This document shows positions 15,397 through 62,334 of a DNA stretch of 64,000 nucleotides, in pieces. Every line of letters begins with the position of its first letter. Positions within the stretch are counted from its first letter, which is position 1. The position numbers and the translations under genes were made by a program. The notes beneath the pieces are model-generated. The model saw nothing but the letters and a program-made list of their open reading frames with translations, did no database searches and was not told where the DNA came from. Origin of the DNA: Chrysomallon squamiferum (Eukaryota > Animalia > Mollusca); NCBI GenBank assembly GCA_012295275.1, contig CM022673.1:21018001-21082000 (forward strand), given 5' to 3'.

Positions 15397-15570
15397 AAGA
15401 CATATTATCGGAAGATGACTGAGGAGAGTTGAAATGTTTCAGTTAAGAACTCTTGCATCACGTCATTTGTAGAGTACTCAAATCAGAAGTGGCAACACAT
15501 GCAATGTGTATACACAAAAAAAACTAGTGTTTCAATAGAGCAATATCAAAACTGAAATTTCTTGTCGCAG
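15397..15570 (+). other. Candidate 5' UTR exon of the GPCR (contains short uORFs)
   Basis: Acceptor TTTTCTTACAG| and donor CAG|GTATTG. All ATG-initiated frames inside stop within the exon. Confidence 0.3.
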
Positions 15571-16166
15571 GTATTGAATAACTATTGAATTATTATTTTT
15601 CCACGAGCATGAAATACTTCCACTCACTGTTATATGAAAATCATACTTCCAGTGTTTTGACAATAGCGTTTCGATTGCTGTTCACCTCATCGAGCTGCAA
15701 CATTCTCTTGTGGATAAATTGATATTAGCTAAATCAAATTAAATTCAGTCTGCTTTACGCTATAACTGGATTAAAGGACAAATGAAAATGAATCGATCAA
15801 TAAAATAGAAAAATCTTTTTGAAGCTTTGTTTCAGATTTTAGTTATCAAATATTTTATCGTTATCATTATTATCATTTTTTTTATTTATTATTTTTCTTT
15901 TAATGAATACGTTATTTTTCTTTAGCCCTCTAAAATTAATGTGTGGAAATATTGCAACTAATACTTTTAACAATTAAAACACTGATGTCAGTAACGTAAA
16001 ATAAACATTGATGTATTATTCATTCATATGCATGCATGCATGCATTCATTTTTATTTTTAATAACCCTTTCACATATTAATATTTTAATAAAATCAAAAT
16101 TCAGACCTATTTTTAACTTCAGGTTATAAATAAAAAAAATAAAATAAACTGTGACTGTTTCAGACA

Positions 16167-50935
<34,769 letters not shown>

Positions 50936-53683
50936 AGTAACCGGAACTACGTCAGAAACGAATAAAGCTGCCATATTGTAGTGCACTGAATAGTGTTTTG
51001 TACTCCCGCGTACGGATTCTGCACATTTTATTCTATTCTTTATGCACCGACGAGCATCTTTCTTAAGTGCTGAAAACTGAATCGGACGCCGGAAACGTAA
51101 TTAAACACTTTTTACATTAGCAACCTGACACTGAACTGAGATTAAAATCCTTATACTGCACAAACTGCTGATATACTTTACCAATGAAGCATATTCATCT
51201 GTAATTTTCTTTATGTACAGCTTCACATTTGCCCAACCCAGCCATTTGTCCGACCGTTGTTTATGAAGGCCTCTACCAAGATACATTAATCCTTCATTTT
51301 CATTTTATTCCGATATAGAAAATAAACAGTTAAATGTAACATAATCCACATTAATATTGTACCATTTTAATTTCGACAGCTAAAATTTAATACAAAATTT
51401 TCTTCAGGAAAAATATAATAACTGTATTCATTACCTGTCTGCAAATGTTACTGCATGGTACTAATTCGTTTGTAAAATGAACGTTGCTACAAAAACGAGG
51501 AATGGAAAGGATTAAATGATGCTAAGACGTTCTGAACAATGTGGATGGAAATGGCGAAGAGGAATAAATGATAATTAGTGTGTTGCTGATAGGAATGCTC
51601 TATTGGTGAAGTTGATGTTGATTTTTGTCTTTCGTCTGTGAACATTACTTCATCAAACTTTTATATGTCATGTTAATGTTTTTCTTTCTGCATATATAAA
51701 CTTTTTCATGTACTGTTGTGGACGTATAGAAATAAACTATACACTTTGTTTTCTGTATATTGCAACATTTTGTGTACAGTTATTTTCATTATTATTATTA
51801 TTATTTAGAAATACATATTCGCTGAAATTAACTTAATAAGCAAACTATACTAGTGGTACTTCTAGTAGTAATAGTAGTAGAAGTAGTACTAGCTGTATTA
51901 GCAGTAATAATAATAACAATAATAACAGTAACATAGCTGCAGGAAATTCACTCATTATAAATTCCATTTTTATTTCCACGCTGTTTCGTTAAAGTTGTAG
52001 CCTCGTCATATCCAGCCTGCCTCTCGCGCCTGTACTCAGATCGTGTCCTGTCCTTGAATATCTTACATCAGCGTCCCTGCAACAAAACGAGCACGACTTA
52101 CGAGATTACTCGATGAATAGGGGATAACACTGTCACAGATCTTTATACAGAGTTAACACATTTCTTGCAAAGCGTTTAAGAATTGACAGTTCTATTAAGA
52201 ACAAACAGTCGTTCTTGGCGGCGACGGTAAACCATTAGCGTCTAGTCTGAATCTGACATGGAATTTATAAAAAACGAAAATATTTTGTAAAGAAACAAGT
52301 GTAAGAAATCTACCTGTCGGCTTATTGGTGATTGGTTACATATCTGCGATAATGTCCTTCTATTTTTATAATAAATATGTTCTTATGAACCTCTGTTTTT
52401 TTTGTCAAAATATATCAAACAAAAAGCGACAGTGAAAATAACAGTAAAATGTCTTATTGTACGGTATCATTCCATATACTGTTTAAAATGCTGTAACATA
52501 ACATACCGTACTATACCATGCTATTCTATAAGTACTGTTCCTTACCACATCATACTACAATTTACCACACCAAACCATACTGGTCTGCTTATCCTAATTA
52601 AATAAATAACACAAACATGTTAAATAAATAGGCATATAACCACAACAATAACAACAATATCTATAATAATAATAATAACAACAACAACAACAACAATAAC
52701 AATGATGACGATGATGACGATAATGATATAAATAATAACAACAATATTATTACTACTATTACTACTGCTTTTATTACTACTTTCACTATAACTAGTTTTT
52801 CTGCTGCTACTACTACTACTAATTTTCTTTTCCTTTTAGACTGTCTCTTAAGAAGTATTGTTTTAAAGAATAACCATTAACGTCATTTGTCCATTAACGC
52901 TGATAAACATCCCAGACAAAAAGCTAAAGCTTATTTCAGACAATTATGCTAAAACAAGCTATCCATCACCTGACTCTCGATTTTATTTCAACAGTGTCTG
53001 GATTATCTATGTCTGAGTCAGACCAAATTCAGGTACAAAGTCTGCTTTGTTTGTAGAGATAACAGATTACAAGCTGACTTATTTCTCTCTACGCAAAAAT
53101 CATTTTTATTCTGTCACAGACCAAACAGAAGACCAGGACTAATCCAGGATATAGACCGTGTCTATTTTATTATCACCTGTATATTTTTAATAAATATATC
53201 TTATTTCTAGAAGCAGGCAACGGCAAAAATAATAATTATAGCAAAGATTATTATGTTCATAATGACAACAACAAAAACAACGACAACAGCAACAATGACA
53301 ATAATAATGATTTGATCAGTATCGTGAAATGAAAGCAGTAATGTAATGCAGCCCTGTATACAGTTCTGTTAATTAAATTAAACACATTACCTTCCTGCAT
53401 GAACGTGCAGAGTAATAACTTTAGCGTTCTCACCGCGTCATGAACCTGAAAGAATCACAGCTCAGATAAGATTTGTAAATAAATTTATCATATACAAGTC
53501 CACGTTTATTAAATATTATAAACTCCCAACAGATGACAAGACAAATTAATTCAATTAATTTATTTACTGACCTTGAGATTTGCAGTTGAGCAACACAAAA
53601 ACAAAAATAGATTATAACAGGTCTGAAGTATGGGATATGTAATATTATATTGTAATATACGTATCTGTCTATCTGTGCATCCA

Positions 53684-53715
<32 letters not shown>

Positions 53716-53791
53716 TCTATTATCTACATATCTGTCTCTCTATCTATCTATCTATCTATGTATATAATATATATATATATATGTATCTGTC

Positions 53792-53859
<68 letters not shown>

Positions 53860-55691
53860 GTATATCTGTATCTGTCATCTATATAGATAGATATAGATGA
53901 CAGATACATACCTACACACAGACATATATGCGTAGATAGGTACGTATATACATATACACATACATATACAAAGTTAAGTCGACCTTGTTATATGCCTGTT
54001 TCTAAATTATAAATTGATAATTGAGTCAGCACGACTTAGTTATAAATATTATTGTAATAGTTCGCTTTTCTCTGATTATTATCCTGTTGAGTGCTATTAA
54101 ATGAGATCATAGAAACGAAAAAAAAGAAGAAAATGAACCTTAGCAAAATGCTAATTATATCTGTGTGATACCTAAACAGCTTTTTAATGGAATTAATATA
54201 AACAAAAATACGGATTTTCTCTCCTTTATCATTTAACATATATTTTTTAATTTCAGTTTCATAATAAGGTAAATTACTTTTCTAAAGCACGAAAGACAAC
54301 TCTTCGACGTGCAGGAGTTTCTCACAACGATTTGTTTGTAGATTTGATCTACTGTGAAGATGTGACAATTGCAAAGCAGTTCTATAAATAAGCTAAACTA
54401 GAAAACATCACAATACTGACGCAAATCCGACATCCACTGTTTTTCTGAAAAAATAGCAGATGAAAAAGTTCCCATCTGGAAACATACCACAGTGAGAAAG
54501 TCGTTATTCAGTGTGTGTTCAATCGAAACATCTTTGTATTATGACTGTTGCAATAAAATACCAACTCAAAAATAAACCTCTTAACTGAAAATAACAATAA
54601 CAAATCATATGAAAACAGTTATTTAAAATAAGAATGCAGTACAGAAACAAATTCTTACTTTAAGCAAGACGATTCTGAATAAATTTATTATTCCATAAAT
54701 TTACACAAAATGTTTTGAGTGAAATATCTTACGCTTCATAAATTGAATATATATCAAACTAGAGTTTAGTCTCAGCACAAATATTATAATAAATAAGTAA
54801 TTAACAAATAATACATATTTAAATTAACAAATACATAAAATAAAAGTCGAATTTTATTCTTTATATTTTTTCTTTTTTTTTTCCACAAATATTTTACACT
54901 ACATACTGAGGAGGACTGTTGTGAAACATCAGTAATCTTCTGAACGGTTGTTTTGATTCTCCAACTGGCCAAAGGAAGAGAGACAACTGTCATCCGGTAT
55001 TCTTTCGATGAGTTGTCTTTCTTAGCAACAGATTTTGACGCAACTCGATCCTTATGTGTCATTGTTTGTTATTAATGTAAAATTAAGATCAGATTTTAGG
55101 GACAACAAAAAATACACATATGGAAAATAATTAAATGACCTAGAATGCCAGTTTAAGTATTTATTTATTACTAATTAAAGATTAGAAACTGTGTTGATGT
55201 TGAAACAAAGCTCCAGAAGTAAAAAAATTTAAAACTTTTCGTGGCAATGCTAACTCAAAGGCTTTTGGGTTTTCGTTTAAATTAATCTTAAATCGGCCTA
55301 CTTCTTTTTTCCATTCATACGTTAGTAATTTCCCAATATTAATGTCTAGATAAGACTGCTTTCCCAAACACTTATTATGCGATTAGAAAATAAGGTGATT
55401 ATTCTAAAAAAGCAGTCGATTCAAACTTCTAAAAATTACAAATGCTGCATTATGATAGGTGTATCATATATATATATATATACTAGCACATTCATATGTA
55501 ATAAAGAATAAGCCATATTAAATTGTTGTTTTTTGGTGGTTTATTCTATAATTTTCTTTCCTAGTGGTTTTTTTTATTGGAAGGAAAAACAGAGTAATAC
55601 AGACCCTTAAATAATTGTCTGTGGATGAAGACTGATGACTTATTTTAGAGAATCAGCCACAGTGAAATACTGAGATATAGTCTGTCGTTAC

Positions 55692-55876
55692 CGGTCTTAT
55701 TAAGAGCACTTGCTTGTACTTCACACAACGCGAGAATGCAGGCTACGTGTTTAATTATCCTGACAAATCTTCCTCGGTAACCAGGTGGACACGTCACAGT
55801 CCCGAACACCCGGATGAAAGTGTACTTCACTGGATCATTTAAAACACCTCAATACTGACACTAACCAATCCTTTAC
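55692..55876 (-). pseudogene. Degenerate F-type lectin exon (paralog of exon 3 of the 58160-61388 gene)
   Basis: Minus-strand acceptor TTTTGCAG| and donor G|GTAAC, both phase 1 like exon 3 of the intact gene. Translation KGLVSVSIEVF/(frameshift)NDPV...VTCPPGYRGRFVRIIKHVACILALCEVQ aligns to ERLRNFRVDMFLNDPV...LTCFAGARGRILRITKYSNDPLTLCEVE. A 1-nt deletion creates TAA. Confidence 0.75.
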
Positions 55877-56072
55877 CTGCAAAAGAAACAAAACAAATTA
55901 AAAACTCTGATATACAATTATTCCTTTATTTTTTTATCAATATATTTACCAAATGTTTTATATGTGTGTGTGTGTCTCTCTCTGTATATATATATGAATG
56001 AACAACTAAGTTTGATAGATAAAACTTCATCACAAACAGAATGTGTGTGTATATATATGTGTACATATATAT

Positions 56073-56103
<31 letters not shown>

Positions 56104-57488
56104 ACATTTGGTAAATATATATATAGGGACAAAGTCTCTGCATATGTTGTTTATTTTCACACTGTATTAATACGTTTCGTGTGAGTAGTAAAATATTTTA
56201 ATAATTAATCAGGTTTTAGATTTCGCGTCTCATAATAAACGTACGGTTTAAATACAGAGTAATAAATTGAAAGATAACAAAACACTATTTTTTATCATCA
56301 GTCACCTTGAGAATCTTTGTTGACTTGTGTCACCAGCCAAAACTTGTTTATCAAAATTAACAAAAGGATGCTATATTAATAATACATTGAGTAAGTGCTA
56401 CAAAATCTATATTGTTTTGTGAAAATAAAATAGTTAAATGTTACCATTACAATAATCAATATCAACAACATATTCAAAAGGTTAAAAAATTTCAAAAACT
56501 AAATAAAATAAGATGAAATACTAGCGAAAACATCAAAATACTGCCATATCCTGAGTTTCTGATTGTTTACTTATCTACGCAAGAAATGTCACAATAAACA
56601 AGAAAGTATGTACTCGTGAATTCTCACTTATTTGTTTTTAAATTTCTGTTAACGTTAGAAATAACTGGTTACTAGCAGTAAACAAAATAATCACTTGTAA
56701 ATATATCAAATGATTTTAGGCTCGTTTTACCTACTAATACACATTTACAGCAATAAACAATGAATAAATGTTTGTGGTGTATTTTTGTTTACAATACTTT
56801 ACTATGATGTGCATCTTTTTCTGTAATAAAATTAATATCGATAATTTTATGACAAATATTTCAAAGTAGTAACTGCGCTAGATCACCCAGCCTACAGAAC
56901 GTCAGTGCAATACATAAATAATACCACTTCTATATCTTAGTAGTATAAATAAAAAAATAAAAAAGGCGTTGGTATGAACGTATTAATTGTCACATCAATA
57001 ATTATATGAGAAACCCAGCAAAAACTGTCAGTTTTTAATTATTTATTTAAATATAAAATGATTGCTTTTCCAACGTAGAGAACGTGCATAAATATTAGAG
57101 TGTTCTTAAAAGATATGTTACAAAACTGTATTGATTAAAACAACGTGTTTTATTTTCTGTAAGTGGAGCATGTATTACAGGAGCATTTACAGAAGGTTTG
57201 TGTAGATGTTTAAACTACAGCAGCAACAACAACAGCAGCAACAAAGACACCACCAACAACAAAAATCACATGGTTATATCGAGCAGGGTGGGACAAGAAG
57301 TAAAACCTGGTCAAACGACTGACATTAAGTATGAGAGATCAAGTGACCCGGTTGTTCCAGTAACACGCGATAGTTCCCAGGATCAGATCTCCGCAGCTGA
57401 CTAGTTGTCTGATATAGTACTCTCCTGTTTGTGGTGCACATCAAACATATCTTGCTGCTAATGTAATTGTAGATATAAAATTAAATAA

Positions 57489-57523
<35 letters not shown>

Positions 57524-57635
57524 ACAAATATATGTATATAAGAAAATTAAAAAAGAAATAAAGAAAAGAAGAAAATATGAACAAAAGTAAATTGAAATAA
57601 AGAAAAAATGAAGGAATGAATGAATTGAGGAAAAA

Positions 57636-57737
<102 letters not shown>

Positions 57738-58159
57738 TTTTATTATTATTACGTTGTTTACTGCTGACATATTATCATTTCATAAAGCGACTGACCAACA
57801 GTAGTAATTTGAAATTAAGTAAACATTAAAAAGAAAAACGTTGCATATTAAAATGAGAATAGAATAATCAATAATATGACAAGATAATGTGGATCTGATC
57901 AGTCGTCCTGTTTGTGTTGAAGTTTTATCTACCAAACTTAGTTGTTCATTCAGTTCTGTAAAATATACAATTAAAACTGTAGATCCTAAGCGAAGTAATG
58001 AAATGGATGTTAAATATTAACAGCGTGTATGGGATTTCACGTCACACTTTGTCATTTCATTTTGTTCAGATATTCTTAGTTTCTTTACTGTTTTTGTTGT
58101 TGTTGGAATTATCGCAAGCTAAGATTAAAAACAGGGAAAGAGTGACCTGTCTGAGAGGA

Positions 58160-58217
58160 ATGATGTTTGCAAATAGACAGCTGACAGTATTTTTGTTTCT
58201 CTGTTTACTCCACGGTG
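58160..58217 (+). CDS. F-type lectin exon 1 (signal peptide)
   Basis: MMFANRQLTVFLFLCLLHG, donor G|GTAAGT in phase 1. Confidence 0.8.
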
Positions 58218-60011
58218 GTAAGTGCATCAATCACGGAGGCTAGACGCATTCGTGTATTCTACTCTGTCTTTTCGTGTATTCTACTCTGTCTTTTCGTGTA
58301 TTCTACTCTGTCTTTTCGTGTAGAACATTTTCGTGTATTCTACTCTGTCTTTTCGTGTAGAACATTTTCGTGTATTCTACACTGTCTTTTCGAGTAGAAC
58401 ATTTTCGTGTATTCTACACTGTCTTTTCGTGTATTCTACTCTGTCTTTTCGTGTATTCTACACTGTCTTTTCGTGTATTCTACTCTGTCTTTTCGTGTAT
58501 TCTACACTGTCTTTTCGTGTATTCTACACTGTCTTTTCGTGTATTCTACTCTGTCTTTTCGTGTATTCTACACTGTCTTTTCGAGTAGAACATTTTCGTG
58601 TATTCTACACTGTCTTTTCGTTATGTTCAGGATAAAATTTTATATGCACACACTAAAATATATAACCTTAGCCAATATATAATCTTAATAAATGCAAGAT
58701 ACATTTCAGCACACACACACACACAACAAGACACACAGAACTAAGTGTTACAAATTTATATTTTAAATAAATAAAAATCAAACTGAAAACGCTTTTCCAT
58801 ATACAAATCTATACATACATGAGTGTGTATGTGTGTATTTGCATTTATATTTCAGCAGTGTTTCTGAAAAATCTGGCTCTACGTCATCCCACTCGTCAGT
58901 CGTCAACGGGAGCAGACGGACTGGACAGGTACGCCGTGGACGGAAAACGAAATGGAAAGTTTAGTGTGAAAAGCTGCAGTCAGACTTACATCAAACAAAC
59001 CCCCCCCACGTGGTGGCAGGTTGACCTGGCCGGCCATTTCAGCATCCACCACGTCGTTTTGTACAACAGAGTCGACTGCTGCCGTAAGTACACGCAGCAG
59101 CATTATTTAAGTAGATATACTCGAACATTTATAATTACACATAGCAGTATTATTTAAGTAGATACACTCGAACATTTATAATTACACGCAGCAGCATTAT
59201 TTAAGTAGATACACTCGAACATTTATAATTGCACGCAGCAGCATTATTTAAGTAGATACACTCGAACATTTATAATTGCACGCAGCAGCATTATTTAAGT
59301 AGATACACTCGAACATTTCAGAAAGCGTGCCCGTCGCAGACGTGCTTCACAACAGCTTGCTCTGATTAGCACGTTCATTTTTTTCCTATTCCTATTCCTA
59401 ACATTTATAATTACACGCAGCAGCATTATTTAAGTAGACACACTCGAACATTTATAATTACACGCAGCAGCATTATTTAAGTAGACACACTCGAACATTT
59501 ATAATTACATGCAGCAGCATTATTTAAGTAGATACACTTAAGCATTTAAAAGTATACCTAATTGATTGCAAAGTAATATGAATAATATAACATTCAATAT
59601 CAGACGAATCTAAATTTATATATTTATTATCAATAATTAAATTATAAAAGAAAGATTAAATTATTATGTCGAAAACTAATTCTATCATCTATATAAATTA
59701 ACACAGCAATAAATACCTCGAAGGTATACATCTTAATAACAAATACATAGCTTCTCAAGTGTTCATTATTTCTTCAACCATCCAAATATTCATGTCAACT
59801 TTGAGTAATACGCATCTGCTTTGAGTTATACGCATCTACTTTGAGTAATACGTATCAGCTTTGAGAAAAATACGTATCAGTCTTGATAGGCATCAGCAAA
59901 CTTATTTAGTTCTTTTACGGTAAAACAGTGAGCTTCTACAAATATTTATAAATATTATTTTAAAAACAGGTCTAGCTTAAGGATGAATAACTTCAACTGT
60001 TTTGAAACATA

Positions 60012-60083
<72 letters not shown>

Positions 60084-60555
60084 AAATTCGCGTAATAATA
60101 AATATAAAAGTAGATATTTATGCGCGAGTGGACCGGTTAGTGTAGGCTGAATGAAGTGAACTAACAGGATCTGAGTTGAACGAAGTGAAAGTTAAAATGT
60201 TTTGTTAACTACTTGTGTTACGAATGTGCAGATAACGAGTTCAAATGGTGCATGATGTGAGTTTTCATGTCCAGTTTACTCGTCAGATAAAAAAAAAAAA
60301 TCAGTGATAGAAAGCTTCAAGTAGAAAACTATAATAATTTAGAAAATACACCTAGACTGTTTTTCTTATCCTCATTATCATTAATATCATTGTGCCATAT
60401 ATTAATATGAAAAGAAATATATTCATAACTACATACATACATACTTATTTATATTCATGCATAAACACACATACATATATACATAAAATCAAACATACAT
60501 ACACACGTACACACATACATACATTGACAGCTGAATAAATTGCAATCGGTAAATG

Positions 60556-60616
<61 letters not shown>

Positions 60617-61388
60617 GGTTGTTGTTGGTGGTGTTGTCATCGTTATTGTTACGGACATTATTATATTTTTCAGAAGAGCGTCTGAGAAATTTCCGAGTAG
60701 ACATGTTTTTGAACGACCCGGTGCACGGCAGTGAAGCGCCTCGACTGTGCAGACAGTACAAGCCGAGTGTTCACACAACTCTCAATCTCACCTGCTTTGC
60801 CGGAGCTCGAGGTCGCATTCTTCGAATAACCAAATACTCGAACGATCCACTCACACTCTGCGAAGTGGAAGTGTTTGGAAGTGAAGTCCCAAAACAAGGT
60901 AAATGAAATGTGTGCTCAGTGCCAGAGCTCCCAGGACAGGAATTATATTAGTCCATTTCCAGTTACAACTCTACGTCTGTTTATCAAAAGGTTTTGAAAT
61001 TTGATTTCCTGTATTAAACATAACAAGTCCTAAGCTATCAGTTTTAAAAAAATAAAAGAAAACAGTATAAATAGATGTATTCAAGCACACACATACCCCC
61101 CCCATGGATAGATAGATAGACAGATATAGGTACAGATATATAGATACAGATATATATTACAGATTTTATTTTCAAATTTCAGGAGCTTTGTTTCAGCGTC
61201 AGTCTGTGAGTTGGATGACGTCATACAGACTTGATGGCTCGTCACTTCGCGGGTGTGTGATGAGTTGTATGAACAGAGGCGAGTGTTTGACGTTTAACTT
61301 CAACGTGCAGACTGGCGAGTGTCGTCTACAAGAAACTCAGCCTCGAGAAGAACCGTGGATTTACTACAACATCAAGGAACTAAATTAA
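58160..61388 (+). CDS. Secreted F-type lectin (fucolectin/FTP domain) plus C-terminal PAN/apple domain, 4 exons, ~238 aa: join(58160-58217,58856-59083,60674-60898,61183-61388)
   Basis: All introns are phase-1 GT-AG, giving a 717-nt ORF. Signal-peptide-like exon 1. FTLD motifs NLAL..PT.QSST, AVDG, SCS.T, WWQVDL, YNRVDCCQERL, GR..RI and LTLCEVEVFG. PAN-type C-x3-C-x5-C-x2-FNF-x6-C-x-L. Confidence 0.93.
58249..58620. repeat. 22-bp minisatellite with interspersed 15-bp variant units (lectin intron 1)
   Basis: Units TTTTCGTGTATTCTAC(t/a)CTGTC mixed with TTTTCG(t/a)GTAGAACA. Confidence 0.95.
58856..59083 (+). CDS. F-type lectin exon 2 (N-half of FTLD)
   Basis: (A)VFLKNLALRHPTRQSSTGADGLDRYAVDGKRNGKFSVKSCSQTYIKQTPPTWWQVDLAGHFSIHHVVLYNRVDCC(Q). 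Confidence 0.95.
59090..59540. repeat. 47-bp minisatellite (~8 units) in lectin intron 2
   Basis: Unit ACACGCAGCAGCATTATTTAAGTAGATACACTCGAACATTTATAATT, period 47; starts 6 nt after the exon 2 donor and is interrupted at 59319-59399. Confidence 0.95.
59319..59399 (+). mobile_element. 81-bp insertion, probable 5'-truncated non-LTR retroposon (LINE/SINE 3' end)
   Basis: Flanked by the 7-bp direct repeat AACATTT (59312-59318 and 59400-59406), which occurs once per unit in the uninterrupted repeats. Ends in a (TTCCTA)3 tail. Confidence 0.7.
60674..60898 (+). CDS. F-type lectin exon 3 (C-half of FTLD)
   Basis: (Q)ERLRNFRVDMFLNDPVHGSEAPRLCRQYKPSVHTTLNLTCFAGARGRILRITKYSNDPLTLCEVEVFGSEVPKQ(G). Confidence 0.95.
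61183..61388 (+). CDS. F-type lectin exon 4 (PAN/apple domain, stop)
   Basis: (G)ALFQRQSVSWMTSYRLDGSSLRGCVMSCMNRGECLTFNFNVQTGECRLQETQPREEPWIYYNIKELN*. Confidence 0.9.
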
Positions 61389-62334
61389 GTAGTGAATTAT
61401 AAAACAGCTGCCACAAAGGCCGCCATTTACACAATAACTTTAAAAAGTATTACTATTTAATAGTCTCTGTATATATTCTGTCATTTTCATATTCCGAATA
61501 TTTGTCTTTGTGTGCACTAAGAAATGAAGATTCATTCAACAATATTATTATTATTATTATTATTGTAACATTAAATCATTAAAAACACAGCGAACGCTTT
61601 GTCAAAATACTGAATAATATTTATTTCATTAATATTGACGTTGATACAGAAACTAATTAAGAGTAAGCTGTTTTGCTAAGTTAACATAGTCTAAAGGAAG
61701 TATTTCTGAACTGAATGATTTTATGTCCTTTTTGCCTGTCCTCCCAAAACACTTAACCACGAACAACAACAAACAATAATATAAAATAATAATCAGAAGC
61801 ATTTTGAGAAACAATAGCTTTATCAGTTTTCTTTGTATTTATTAGTACAAATCCATTTGGAACATGCATTATTAAACCCAGAGCAGGCATTGTTTTGTGC
61901 GTCGTATTAATATTTAAGCTTTGTTAGTTCTGTCAGTCTTTAGTTACTCTGAACTGCAAGTTTTCAGTGCGAAGTACGACACGCTGGCTGAGAACTGAAA
62001 AATGCATTTTCTGCGAAATTCCTCTCAAAATTAAAATTAAACATTTACAACATTCATATTGGCAGTGCTTATTACAGGTAAAATAATTTGTTAACAGTTT
62101 TAATTTCGTATTCTTTCTGTCATTCTTTCTTTCTTTCTATCTTTATATATATTGTGATGCAGATAAAGTGTAAAGTCAGGTTGTTGTTTTTTTGTTGGAT
62201 TTTTTTCAGTTGTGTCTTTTTAAAATGAAATCTGTAAAATTAAACTTGTTTCATATAACATAAAAATTGTGATACAAAAAAACAAAAAAATTGCATTCAA
62301 ATGAAAAACTTGTTTTGTGATTTACCGTAATAAT

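Noticed and set aside
54784-55062. Minus-strand ORF and a C-x3-C fragment as a possible PAN exon of the lectin pseudogene
   Set aside because: Remaining PAN cysteines and the FxF motif are absent and there is no good acceptor; similarity is too weak.
58215-58682. Overlapping repetitive ORFs (YSTLSFRV...)
   Set aside because: Stop-free 22-bp minisatellite inside lectin intron 1; no splice or domain support.
59090-59540. CRISPR-like appearance (repeats with one unique insert); likewise 25866-26338 and 58249-58620
   Set aside because: Units are head-to-tail without unique spacers, the context is a eukaryotic intron, and no cas genes are present.
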